Source of the DNA: Vicugna vicugna
Taxonomy: Eukaryota
Assembly: GCA_013265495.1 (NCBI GenBank)
Contig: MU057887.1
Location: forward strand, 2,079,576-2,143,575
DNA length: 64,000 bases
Reading direction: 5' to 3'
Under the pieces are notes generated by a model. The model did not search any database and was not told where the DNA came from. It saw only the letters and a program-made list of their open reading frames with translations. Below are positions 1 through 12,125 of this stretch, one piece after another. The stretch's first letter is position 1. Each line of letters starts with the position of its first letter. The translations under genes and the position numbers were made by a program.

Positions 1-444
1 CCTCGAAGGTCAGGCAGAGAGGGATTTCCTTTTATAGGGTGGGGCAAAGGAGGCTAGAAAGAACCAGCTATGGGCAACGGGCCATGTGATGGGACAGCTG
101 AGCAGGGAATGTGCTTCCTCGTGGTCAGCTGACTCTCTGGAGGGGCCACGAGGGACAGCTGCCTGCTGGCTCAGGCTGACTCGGGGTGGGAGGGGACTCA
201 GCTCCAGTTTGCTACAGCCAGTTAGCAAGCACTTTGTTCCCACCAATCAGTGGGAACAAGCCACTCAGCCAGTCATTTGTGAGGCACAGGATGGGACTTC
301 GAGGGTCTGCATCTGGTCTTGTCCTAGGTAAGCAAGAGGCATCCAGGGGTCACATGGGCAAGTGGATTCTTTGTAGCAAGCGGTTTCCTGGAATACGGAT
401 GGTGGGTAGGCATTTCTTAACCATTGCTGTTCTCCTGGAGCACA

Positions 445-600
445 GGGCTCTGGCAGAGTTTCACATGGTGGACAGTTTAGCTCTCACGGTGACAATGAGG
501 TGTTGTGGTGATGATGGTGATGGTGCCCGTGGTGATAGTGGTGATGGTGGTGTTGACAGTTTATCTCTTGGTGATGGTGATGATGATGGTAATTATAATG
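445..600. repeat. Degenerate (GGT/GAT)n low-complexity repeat
   Basis: ggtgatgatggtgatggtg...ggtgatggtgatgatgatggt. Confidence 0.8.
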
Positions 601-619
601 TGACAATCCTCTGAACTCC

Positions 620-790
620 TTACGTGTATAAATTGAATCATGAGGTAAGTACTGGCACCCACTCTTCAGAACTGAGTCTCAGAAAGACTGATTTGCTTTC
701 CCGAAGTTCTGGCCTGGTTGTGTGTTGCACAGAACGGGGCTCGCACCAGGCAGCCTGGCTCCAGTGCCCACATTCATGCCACTGCTGCCT
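620..790 (-). mobile_element. MIR SINE fragment
   Basis: tgaggtaagtactggcacccactcttcagaactgagtctcagaaag resembles the MIR core; boundaries approximate. Confidence 0.5.
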
Positions 791-992
791 CTGCTTCTGG
801 AAGGAGGGCAGCACTTGTGTTACCTCCAAGGTCACACTGCCTGCTTGGCCCAGGCGCACCCTCTGTTTCATCCTTTTATAGATCCACAGAGAGGGTTCCA
901 CAAGCACTACCAGATGGCAGCCCACAACACCCCAACTTTGAACAATTTGAACTCAGTTTTATTAATAAAGTGCCGCTAATGAATCAAGTCCC

Positions 993-1371
993 TGTGTTAG
1001 TGTCCTAGGGCTGTTGTGACAACTAACCACACACGTGGTAGCCTAAGGCAACAGAAGTTTATTCTCTCATCGTCTGGAGCCCAGAAGTCAGAAGTCAAGG
1101 TGCCGGCAAGGCCACCTCCCTCCGGAGGCTTCAGATGTTCCCTGGTTTGTGGCAGCATCACTCAGTCTCTGCCTCTGTCTTCACGTGGCTTCCTCTCCTA
1201 TGTCGCAAACCTCCCAAGCCTTTCTCCCCTGAGGGTTTGGGGCCCCTGTAAACCCAGGATGAACTTGTCCAAGATCCCTGTTGGTTCCGTCTCCAAGTAC
1301 GGTCACACTCACAGGGTCCTGGGGTTAAGACACTGACACATCTTTTGAGGGCCACTACCTAACCCACTACA
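993..1371 (-). mobile_element. MaLR solo LTR, MLT1C/D-like
   Basis: Starts tgtgttagtgtcctagggctg, contains caacagaagtttattctctca and gaagtcaaggtg, ends aacccactaca; flanks gtccc/ggccc resemble a 5-bp TSD (4/5). Confidence 0.85.
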
Positions 1372-2004
1372 GGCCCCAGATGAAACTTCTGCCCAAGCTC
1401 AGCCAGGAGGGCCTCCTCCAGAGTCTGGGTGGTGCCGGGCGGGGGAGCAGTCTCTGGGCAGGGAGGGTTGGTTCAGCACGTCCACGCGGGGGAGGAGGCA
1501 GACCCCAAGCTCCAAGGGGTCCACACTTCTCACTTTCCAAAGGTCAGCGGGACACATGTGATGATCCAGCTCCGGCCCTTCACCTGTGGTGCTGAGCTGG
1601 GAGGCAGTCACGGTGTTCACCAGGGGTAGCGACAATCCCTCCTTGCTGTGGCCATGGCATGGACCCCTCTGGATCCTGAGATGCTGAGTTCCTGGATGTG
1701 AGCTCGAGGTTGAGTTGGGATGGTCCTAAGAAGCTAGGGACTTGCCTGTGTCCTGATCTTCCAACCGGACTTCCTGAGGGAGTGATGCCCAGAAGGCCCT
1801 GATCCAGAGAGCTCTGCGGATCTACCTTTTGTAGTCTGCTCACTTAGCCATGCTTACAGAGAAAGAAGGAAAGAAAAAGTGTCCGTGGGTTCTGCCAAGA
1901 TTTTAAGAGAAAACCTTTATAATCCAGTATCTTGGTTTCCAGTGAAGTTTGATTGAATTGGGTTGGTTGATTTTTAAGGTGTGAAGGCCACAAGCAAGGG
2001 ATCA

Positions 2005-2006
<2 letters not shown>

Positions 2007-2040
<34 letters not shown>

Positions 2041-2055
2041 TACACACACACACAC
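2007..2055. repeat. (CA)n microsatellite
   Basis: Direct reading; one interruption. Confidence 0.95.
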
Positions 2056-2469
2056 CCTGTGTAGCCTTTTTAGATATCATTTGGAGATCTGTGCCCATCA
2101 ACCAACAGATGAGACAAATTAGGAGTTCACTGATGGCAAAGTTATGGCACAACAGGATTTATTTTGAGTATTGCAATTACTTAAGTATAAAGCAGTTTTT
2201 TAAAATTCTGAAAGAAGTTTACAAAAATCTTGTAATTAATACATGAGAAAGGGGAGGGGGATGGTATGGAATGAGTGGGGAGATGCGGGCTGAAGCGGAG
2301 TGATGTGGGTGCATGGGAGACAGCAAGGTGAGTCTGCCCAATTCCTGGTCTGAGGTTCAGGCTGCTCAGTTGTGTCTTGACCACTGACTGGGGAGAGCTG
2401 ATCTGGAATTAAGTCTGAATGCTGTAGCACACACCTGTGACAGCTTGTCTTCTCAGGTAATGTAAGTGC

Positions 2470-2888
2470 AGACGTCAGAGCACTGGGACAGGTGGCCACA
2501 CCATGAGGCCACGGAGACTAGTCCTGCTCTTTCTGCTGCTCCGTCACTTGGTGCACAGCCTTTGCCCTCAGAGGACCTCAGCATCCAAGATGGCTGCAGG
2601 AGCGCCGGCCACCACATCTGCCTGCCAGGCAGCAGGGCACAGGCAAGGGGTGTGGCAGCACTCCCTGGCCATCCCTTAAGAAGCCTTCCTCAGGTTTCAC
2701 TCAGCAACTTCCCCTTACATCTCATTGGCCAGAACTTAGTCACATCACCATTCCTACTTCAGAGGAAATGTGAGTGTTTAGATGGGCATATTGATGCCCC
2801 CAATAAAAGTGTTTTTTTTTCTTTTTTTTTAAACCAAGGATAGAATGGAGAATGGGTATTGGGTGGCCACCTAGCCACCTCTGCCACA
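2470..2888 (-). mobile_element. Old MaLR LTR, MLT1J/K-like
   Basis: ccaagatggctgc, cttacatctcattggccagaacttagtcacat and terminal ctctgccaca; left boundary uncertain. Confidence 0.7.
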
Positions 2889-3223
2889 GAGGGGCAATAA
2901 CAGAGCAGGCAACGGATTCACAGGAGTTCCGATATCAACATTAGACCAAGGGGTGTTCTTGGCAAAATGTATCACAAGACAAAGTTATGATTTTATAGAG
3001 ATGAAAGCTAACCTCACTGCCAGAGGAGACCTTATGACCAACAGGTAATATAGAAAGAAAGGGCATTAGATACACATGGAGAAATTGGCAATAGCTCGAT
3101 GGTAACAGAATAACTAACCCCTGTACTTCATGTGTCATCCTGTTAGTAAGATAAATCATCAGAATAAGGCATAAATGATGAACCACAATAAGGCAATATA
3201 GGATCTAGTTAGTATTGTTAATT

Positions 3224-3375
3224 ATCCATTCATTCATCACTCAGCAACACACACATTAGGCACCCACTACACGCCAGGTAGCGTGCACGCGCCGGGACGG
3301 CGGTGAGGCGACAGGCGTCCCGCGCCTGTGAAGCACGCAGTCTAGGAGGGGGGCTGGAGAGACATCAGTCACTGA
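3224..3375 (-). mobile_element. L2 LINE 3' end
   Basis: atccattcattcatcactcagcaa...ggcacccactacacgccagg...cagtctaggagg. Confidence 0.7.
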
Positions 3376-3590
3376 AGCATGAATCCTGTAGGGAATGTCT
3401 ACTCTTTTCCTGAACTGTTTGTAAAAACAGATGAACTCTTAAGCTGTGAAGAAGCCAACAGTCCACTACAAGGCAGGAATCGTTCAGCTTCCTTTGGCAA
3501 AGCACACTGTCGTAGTGCTGAAAAGTACAAACAAGCTTTTAAACTAAGGAGAAATAGAATATAAACGTTCTCTTAACTCATTAGTAGCAG

Positions 3591-3646
3591 AAAGGAAGGA
3601 AGGAAGGAAGGAGGGAAAGAAGGAGGGAGTGAAGGAAGGGAGGAAG
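3591..3646. repeat. (GGAA)n purine-rich simple repeat
   Basis: aaaggaaggaaggaaggaaggagggaaag. Confidence 0.9.
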
Positions 3647-3771
3647 ACTTCAACTACAGATTATGCTGAAAAATATATACCCAAATTTAAGGCATCCAGC
3701 CAGATACCCCTCAAAGAAAAATTGATAACTGGGAATTATCTTACCAGAAAATGACACTATGAACAGAACAA

Positions 3772-4285
3772 TTATATCCGTTGGCTTTAGGTGCATGAGA
3801 AACCACCCCAAATCTCAGTACCTCCAGACAACCGTCGTGCTGGGCTCTGTGGGTTGGCTGAGTCCTTCCTCGGAGCTGGCTGGGTGAGGCTGTCTCTGCT
3901 GGGCTCCTCCTCGCATCTGTGTCCCTGGCGGGTATGCTGGCTGGTCTAATGTTGCACTGTCTGCTCATCTGCGGTTGGCAAACTGTTGGCTGGGGCACAC
4001 TGGTTCTGCGTGAGCCCTGCTCCAGCAGGCCAGCCTGGGCTCTTTCACGGGATGGGCTCAGGTTCCCAAGTACAGTAAGGCAGGCAAGCCCCGGATGAAG
4101 CGCCTCCCAAGTACAGTAAGGCAGGCGAGCCCCGGATGAAGCGCCTTCCAGGTCTCCCTTGTGTGCATTCCAACATCGCCCAGCAGCCAGCAGATGCCAC
4201 GGTGAAGCCCCGGTCGGGCTGGGCAGGGGCTCCCCAGGGCAGGGACAGAGGCAGGGCGGTCACTATAACCACTGCCGCCAGCAAC
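3772..4285 (-). mobile_element. Old MaLR LTR, MLT1H/I-like, with an internal 41-bp tandem duplication
   Basis: aaaccaccccaaatctcagt, ctccagcaggccagcctgggct; duplication at 4064-4104/4105-4145. Confidence 0.65.
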
Positions 4286-4299
4286 CGCCTGCTTTAATT

Positions 4300-5110
4300 A
4301 AAATGTAAAAATTTACAGAAAAACAATGATGCAAGAAAGGAGGAGAATTATTAAACACTAAAGACTAAGGTGGAGAATAGAGATGTAAAAAATGGAGAAG
4401 TGGCAGAGTTGGTAAATGTAATTCTGTCTGCAACAGAAGCAATAAAACTGATGAACTTCAGCAGACAAAAAGCAACAAAAAAGAAAGAAACGCAGATAAA
4501 TACCACTAGCGTCAAAAACAGCGCATAAGAACAAATAAGGGAAAACTTGAAGTTACTCAAGAATCCTATTGACAGTGATGTATGAATATATTTTTAAAAT
4601 TGAATACATTTTCATTTTATTAAATAATAAATCAGTCGAATGCAGGATATCCTGAAGGTGTGTGCTTTACCAAGATGAACTCAAGGAGATACATACAATC
4701 TGATTGTATCAATAACCAAGGAAGAAACCTCGAGAGGCAAAGAAAGTCAGAAACGACGGATCCTATGGCGAGTGTCGGGCCAGGTGAGGGACAGGACGGC
4801 TGTGCAGCTGGTAATCCAGCAGCAGAAGCCAGGCACAGCCCTCACACCAGTCAGAACTTACAATCGGTCCCTCAGAGAAGTCAGGACTGGAGACTACATG
4901 CCCATCCAGAGTCAAGGCAGGGTGAATGGTCATTCAAGACCTGCAGTCTCCATTTGGAGCAATAAAACAGAAGTATAATGTAAGCCCTGGCTTGTGCGGC
5001 AAGGGCTCCCACGCAAGCTCCCAGCTGGGAGCGCCAAGCATGAGCGGCAATGAGCAGAGGAAGGGAAAACAGAACAGGGAAATGTTAAAGAGAAACGATC
5101 AACTATCTTC
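4300..5110 (+). mobile_element. Probable ancient L1 5'/ORF1-region remnants
   Basis: A-rich plus strand next to an L1 cluster; no intact ORF. Confidence 0.35.
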
Positions 5111-5129
5111 TAAAAGTTGGGTTTCTTGA

Positions 5130-6450
5130 GTTATAATTTGTACAAAAGCAAAACTTTAATAAAAAATGTGCAGTCCTACAAGTTGTGACAGGAGCATAGG
5201 GTCATGTAGCGTCTTCCTTAACCAAGATAAAGAACATTTCCGTTGCCTTCTAAAAGCTCTCTCATTCCCCTTAGTAGACAAATCCCCTCCTACCCCTAGT
5301 CGCTGGCACCCCCTGATCTATCTGCCGCCTCTAGTTTGTCTTTTATGGTTTGTTACACAAACAGAAGCACACACTGTGCAGCCTTTGTCTGTGGCTTCGT
5401 TCAACTGAGTACAATGTGTTTGAGACACATCCCTGTTACTGAAGTCGGTAGCACGCACTGCCAGCCCTGACGGCTGAGCAGCATTCCATCGGTGGGGCTA
5501 CGTCGTGTCTTGTTCATCCACTCACCAGGTGACGGGCATTTTTTACCGTATTTTTTCCAGTTGTGAACGAACCTTCTGTGAACATTCACAGGCAGGTGTT
5601 TGTGTGACCATATGGTTCTACTTCTCTTGGACAAACACCTAGAAGTCGGATTGCTGGATTTTTTGGTAATTGTATATCTGACTTCAAAAGAACTCATCAA
5701 ACTGGTTTCCAAAGGGGCTGTGCCATTTTGCATTCCTGGCAGCAGTGTGCGAGAGTTCTAGGTGCTCCACATGCTTGCCAACAGTTGATGTTATCAGTAT
5801 TTTCATAAATTTGATTTTACTTAGTTATTCTTATAGCTGAGTAATGGTGTTTCATTTTAATTTATATTTTCATAATGACCAATGATGCCAAGTATCTTTC
5901 TATATGTTTCATGCCTATTTGGTACCTGTGTCCCTTTGGTAAAGGGCCTGTTCAAATCTTTTGTCTATTTCATTTTTTAAATTGGGTAGTTTATTTGCTT
6001 ATCATTGACTTTTGTGAATTTTTAAACACATTTTTAAAACTAGTGTTTCACTGGATATGCAAATATTTTCTTCCAGTCTCTGGCTTGTCTTTTCTCTTTT
6101 TTTGTTCCTAGGAGTGCCTTTTAAAGAAGAATTTTTCAGTTTTGATGAAGTCCAATGTAACAATTTTTCCTTCACTATTTATGCTTTCTGTGTCCTATTG
6201 AAGAATTACTTGAGTAACCCAAATCTACAAAGATTTTCTTCTATTTTCTGCTAGACATTTTATAGTTTTAAGGTTTTTGATCCATGATTAATTCCCAGAT
6301 AATTTTTCTATATGGTACAAGGTACAGACTGAGGTTGATTTTTCTGCAGATAGAGTCTAATTATTTTTAACACCACTTTTTAAAATGGTTATCATTTTCT
6401 ATTGAACTGACTTAGCACTTTTATTGAAAAGCAATTGAATACATATATAG
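5130..6450 (-). mobile_element. Ancient L1M LINE: 3' UTR and ORF2 C-terminal region
   Basis: ttcatccactcaccaggtgacgggcat, tttccaaaggggctgtgccattttgcattcc and ttttgatgaagtccaat are typical L1M minus-strand motifs. Confidence 0.85.
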
Positions 6451-6528
6451 CATATAATGCATGTAAAAATATATATTTATATATTACTATATATATATAT
6501 AAGTATAAGTATAAGATATATATATATA
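6440..6528. repeat. (TA)n-rich simple repeat at an L1 orientation switch
   Basis: tatatatttatatattactatatatatatat. Confidence 0.85.
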
Positions 6529-6529
6529 G

Positions 6530-6650
6530 TCAAGCTGATTCTACAGCTTATATCCAAAACAATTTTGGAAAGGATGAACAGAGTGGGGAGACGCTCGCTA
6601 CCTGATTTCAAGACTTACTATAAAGCTACAACTTCATGACAATATGACAG
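6530..6650 (+). mobile_element. L1 ORF2 fragment, inverted relative to its left neighbour
   Basis: Translates KLILQLISKTILERMNRVGRRSLPDFKTYYKAT, containing the L1 ORF2 LPDFKTYYKAT motif. Confidence 0.85.
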
Positions 6651-7079
6651 AACAATGTTGACAAAAAAATGAGCCTGCTAGGTTAGTGGGTAAGAGTAAA
6701 GAGCTGCCAGGACTTGGGTGGCTATAACTCCAGAGAGAAGTTCTAGAGAGAAGCAGAGGGACCAGAGCCTAGTGTCTGGAATTTCATTTTCCTTCCAGGT
6801 AGTTGCTGATTCACTAGCTGTGGCTAAAAGCCTGGGTAGCTGACCAGTTTTTACAGACCCATGATGCTTTGGGGACAAAAGTTCAATTTATGGCTTGACC
6901 AAAATAAGGGACCCTTGTACACATTCTAGAATTTTAATGTGGAGAACTCAAATATCCTATGCTCTGGAATAGGCGTGAACTGGAAAAAAGTAGCCCTCAC
7001 AGAGACTCAAGCCAACTATAAGACATAGATGGGTCACAATGGAAAGATCTGCTCCCCCCATAAAATAGCCCCATAAGCA

Positions 7080-9530
7080 GAGATGAAAGGGAATGGGGCA
7101 ACTGCAATTTTTGAAGGCAACAATGCAGCTGGGAAATTTTCAGAACTGGCAAAAACATTAAGCGGCAGATTCAAGAACCACAATAAACCCTCAGTGGATT
7201 TAATAAAAAGGAAACCACACCAAGGCCCTTCATGGTGAAACACTTGAAAATGGAATAAGAGGGCTACTTCCTAATTCATTTCATGAGGCCAGCATAAGCT
7301 TAATAGTAGAATCTGACAAGTACTTTAACAGAAAAGAGAACTGCAGGACAATCTTTCTCATGAACATAAATGCAGAAATACTAAACCAAATATCAGCCAA
7401 CAAGCCAAGCAATATACAGAGATCACATGGCACAGCCGTGCTGGCTGTCGTCCAAGAATTGTAGGTCGATTTCACACTTGAAAGTCATTTCATGTAATAT
7501 ACAGTGAAAACAGAATAAAAGATAAAGCTACGCGATACAGTAGATTTAAAGAAGTATTTAATAAATTCAACAGAAAGCCATAAAAAAATTTTAGGACACT
7601 AGAAATAGAGGTATGCCAATTCCTTAATATGTAAAAATATGTTTATAAAAGAAACCACTACAAACACATCAGATTTAATGCTGTAGTACCACACAAAGGG
7701 AGACGGTGCCTATTATAAAAAAGAGGCAAGAAGGGGAAACTGAATGTGGAATAATTGGGAAGCAAGAAATAAAATTATCATTATTTGAAGACAAAATGAT
7801 TATATATATAAAGAAGTGAAAAGAAAACAGAAATAAGCTAGCAGAAGTGTGACTTTGACAAGTCTTTTAGGAGGCGGTCAGTACACAGACGTCAATTGTA
7901 TTTCCTTAAAATGTTTCCAAAGTCTGAAAATACAGATAATATTTTCTCCTTTATAGTGGTCTGTTATCAACAAATCATTCGTTATGCATCTGCCTGTCTT
8001 TGCATCCTTGGTGGTCTGATGTATATTATAAAATCAAATCTCAAAAGTGCCATTTACAATAACATTTACAAGAGCGTCCAAAGTCTAGGGGAAGCATGCA
8101 ACTCCCTACATAGGAAACAACAGAACATTATGGAGAGATTAAAGGAGACCCAAATAAATGCAGGGCCGTATCCACTGACTTGTTCGTAACTCCTTTCAGA
8201 GCCAGTTTTATGTATCTCTCCCCAAGTCTGTGTCCACTAACACCCATGTGTGCTTTGAAAGTGGCTAAGATGACTGTATTCACAGCACAGAAACTGGCAA
8301 ATGCTGCAAGACACTGTTGTTCACCGTTTCCCAGCACACTATGGCTGGAAATGGCTATACCATGTTCATGGATTGACAACTAAATGTTGTAAAGATATCC
8401 ACTTAAGATACTTTTATCTAAAGATCTAGTGCAATTCCTTTAAAAGTTTCAGTAAATTTTCTGAGGACACTTATAAGCGGTTTAAAGAGTTGTATGGAAA
8501 TCCAAGGTAGCAAGAATCACCAAGAAACTATTGAACGAAAAGAAGGGCTGTGGAGGACTTTAATGCCTGGTTATCAAAGTTCATTATGAAGCAACAGTAA
8601 TTGAGATAATGGGATATTAGTTAAACACAGACAAATAGCCCACCATCCTAAAGGGGGAAAGGCTGGAAACACTCTTTGTAACCAGTGGGGAGAGGGCTGC
8701 TCTGTGTTGCCACCTCTCCTTAACGCTGTGCCAGAGGTCCTGGCCAAGCCATTAATGAGAAAAAAGCAAAGAATTGGAAAGAGGAACCAGAGCTGTCATC
8801 ATTTGGAGATGACACGATTATTTAAATAGAAATCCCAAAAGGACCCACGCACTAATTATCAGAAGTAATGAGTGTTTAGCCAAATGGCTTAACGTCATGT
8901 TAACATACAAAATGCGTAAGATAATTAAGGAGGAGACACCATCAGTAAGAGTATCAAAAAACAAGGTTTATGAAGGAACCTAACAGGGGATGTTCAAGCT
9001 TTTAAATGAGGTATTAAAGAGGATCGAATAAATAGAAGGATAATGTGTGCACAGGTAGGAAGACTTCACGTGGTAAATACGTAAATTATCCCCAGTTTGA
9101 TCTAAGATTTAATGGAGTCCAAATCAGACATTTTAACGACATTTTCAAGATGATTCTAAACATCGTATGGAAGAGGCAATGGCCGAGAATGCCAGAATGC
9201 TTTTGTAGGAACAGGAGGACTTTGTCTACTAGACAAATCAGGTCTTTATGTGAAGCAGCAGAACCTGGCCATCACCATACTGGGGACGGGTAGACAGACT
9301 CATCACAGAACAGAACGGAGACTCTGAAGAGAGACTTGCATTTGAGTGAAACCTTGGCAGCATGAGAAAGACCTCACCTGTGGGTGGAAGTGTGCCAGCA
9401 GCACGTTGCGGGAAGAGCCCCTGGGATGGGGTGTACACCCACTTGGGCATCTTTGGAAAATGAGCTCTGTTACAGTCACGAACAAAGAATGATGATTATC
9501 CAGTTCTGTGCACCTGAGATCCAACACACA
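7080..9530 (+). mobile_element. Cluster of degraded ancient L1 ORF1/ORF2 fragments
   Basis: cttcctaattcatttcatgaggccagcat, tctcatgaacataaatgcagaaatactaaacc and ataccatgttcatggattg; several pieces, no ORF. Confidence 0.75.
8165..8345. mobile_element. MER63-like hAT DNA transposon fragment inserted in L1
   Basis: gtattcacagcacagaaactggcaaatgctgcaa...cagcacac; interrupts the L1 sequence acccaaataaatg / gctataccatgttcatgg. Confidence 0.5.
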
Positions 9531-9849
9531 GCAAAAAAAAACAAAATCAATGAGTGAAAGAGAGTCTACAAGTTGAACTATCAGCAGTAAAATTACTGTA
9601 ACTTTATTTTTGAAAGAAGGTGAAAGAAAAACCAGCCCACAATAACAAGGATGGGGTGGTTGGGGAGGGGGTCCCGGAACCAGTCAGTCCCCCACGGACA
9701 GGGAGGGATGGATGGCGACCACGGTGAATGAGAGAGGAACCTGGTGAGAGCGCGAGCCCGGGCCAGTGCAGAGCCCCGGGGAGAGACCTTCAGGAGGGGG
9801 GAAGGGAGCTGGGAGTTGCCTCTGCCTCAAGCCCTGCTCGACCGTTCCT

Positions 9850-9985
9850 AGAATTCTGAGTTTGGGCAAGTCTCATAACCTATAAGGTCACCTTCCCTCA
9901 TTGAGAAGGAGGTTAATTACCCACCAATATCATCAAGTGAAGACGAGGATCAGAGGACGCGAAGGTGAAAGAAAGACCTGACTTA
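9850..9985 (+). mobile_element. MIR fragment
   Basis: tttgggcaagtctcataacct...ttccctcatt. Confidence 0.5.
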
Positions 9986-11619
9986 TCACACCCCCAGGCA
10001 CTTCTTAATGTCGAGAAGACACTCATCTAAAGAGGCTGAGATTCAAGGTAAACTTAAAAAAAAAATGCAGTTATGAGAGGAGACCTTGGGCATAAACTGG
10101 ATTAGCCTTTGCGGGTGGTGTTTGCCCGTTGTTACTCCTGACCTTGGAGAGAGGACCTGCCCCAGTGCCGCCTGGCTGGGCTGGGCTGCGGGATGGATGG
10201 GTCCCGGGCTGCAGAGGGGCTGGAGGGGTCGGCATTCTCGAAGACATCCTATCGGCTTCATTGGAACCTGTGGGATGCCCTGGAGGAGGGGGTGGGTCTT
10301 GGAGAAGCATTTGGACCACAGGTCCCCCACCGTCTGCACCTGCACTCTGTTCAGTGCCAACCTTGGAGGCACAGGATTTTCATTTTTCTTATGAAAGGTG
10401 GCATTTTCTTGCTGCTGCTTTGTGACGAGAAGTTACTCTAGCACTTTGAGGACCAAACAGAACAAAGGGTTTGGACACCACTTAGGAGCCTAAAGCCACG
10501 TGCAGACAGGAGGGCGACGCTTTGTTCTGTAAGCCACATGCTGTGTGTGACCTGCCTTCACCCACGTCCAGTGAATTCTGAAATCAACTCCCTGATTTGT
10601 TCTGTGAGCAAGTTCTAAAGGCCTTCCGTCAGCTCTGCCGGGGTTGACAAGGACCCCACGGAAGGCACTTCCCCTCAGGGTCCAAGGCAACTGGCATTTC
10701 TAACAGGGCTATTTTTGGAAGTTGACAATTGTATTGACTGGGCTGCATTTCAGTTCAACACTCAGAGCTGGCTGGGAGAGGAGAGGCTGTCACTCACCGC
10801 TCCTCCAGCATCTGGTGAATTCCTAGGAGGCCTGGAACTTTCTAAACTGCCCTTTCATTGCCTCTAAAAGCAGCAGATTCTAATGAGATCCCCAGACAGC
10901 TCGTCCCCACACGAGCGGGGGTGGACCCGCCTCACTGTTCCTCGTCCACCAGGCCTCATGTGGGTTTGAGGAGACACGTGTGTTGGTGGCAGGAGGCAGA
11001 GGTGGTGGTGATGGTGGGAGGGCGAGGAAGGCGAGGGTTCAAGCCGGCCTGTTTCCTGTCTGGATGATCGTTTGTGTTGTCACAAGCAGGTGAGCAAGGA
11101 AGTTGGAAGGCGTTAAACGGACTGAACGGTCTGGGCCGGATGTGGCTTGGCAAAGCCCCGGGAGGATGGAGACCCCCTGGAGCAGGCAGCCGGCTCTGTG
11201 CCGGTCCTGCAGTTCTCACGCCTGCTGGATTCCTAAGGCACTCGCCGCAGACGTGGCTTGAAATGTCTGAACGTGAATTCCCACTGAGTGCGGCTCTTCC
11301 TTCTTGGGGGAGATCTGTTCCGGCGTCCCGAGGGCTGCCTGCTTGGCATGCAGCCACGTGGACAGCGGGGGCCAGAAGGCCGCTCTGCAGGCCTCTGCCG
11401 TGAGCCTGCGTCCCTGCAGCCCCTTCTCCTCCCGGGGGCCCTGCTGCCCCAAAGCCCACGGCGGGAGGCGGGCACGTGGTTGCAGATGGCCAGGCTCGGG
11501 CAGAAGCCAGCTGGACCGCTGGCCTCCGTGCCCGTGAAGGGGGCTCTCGGCAGGTCCGCCTGGGAGCTGCCCTGCGTCCTGGGCACCGAGGTCCCTGTGG
11601 GAGGACACAGGGCTCTCTC

Positions 11620-11880
11620 CATGGTGCTGGTTTCCAGCTGGATAACAAACACCGCACACCGGGCGGTTTAAACAGCAGGACCTTACTGCCCCATGGTCTG
11701 GAGGCTGGAATCCGAGATCCAGGTCTTGGCAGAGCTGGTTCCTCCTGGGGATGCGAGGGACAAACTGCTCCTGTCCTCTCTCTGCTTCTGGTGCTTTGCT
11801 GGTGACCTGACGTCCCTTGACTTGCAGGTGCGTCTCTCCCGTCTCCGCCTCCACTGTCCCATGACTGATGCGTTTGAACG
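11620..11880 (-). mobile_element. MLT1B/C-like LTR fragment
   Basis: ggtctggaggctggaatccgagatccaggtcttggcagagctggttcctcctgggg. Confidence 0.75.
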
Positions 11881-12102
11881 GTCTCCCTAAGCTGGAGAGT
11901 CGTCTCCAGCTCCGGACACAGATAGGTGAGTGCAGCCCTCTCCCCTCCAGGGACTAAGCCCACCGCAGGCTCACCACACGGCCAGTGTAGGCCAGGACGC
12001 TCCCTGCCTGTGGACGTGTGATCTCAAAGAAGGTCAACCCCAGAGCCCAGCAGAGCTTTCTGGCTGCTTTACTGAAGTCACCCACTGGCTAAGTCACTCC
12101 CA

Positions 12103-12125
12103 GTGTGTGTGTGTGTGTGTGTGTG
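12103..12125. repeat. (GT)n microsatellite
   Basis: Direct reading. Confidence 0.95.

Noticed and set aside
10956..11963. 335-aa minus-strand ORF
   Set aside because: Pro/Gly/Ala/Arg-rich with no recognisable domain, runs through an MLT1 LTR, and has overlapping ORFs in other frames; typical of GC-rich noncoding DNA.
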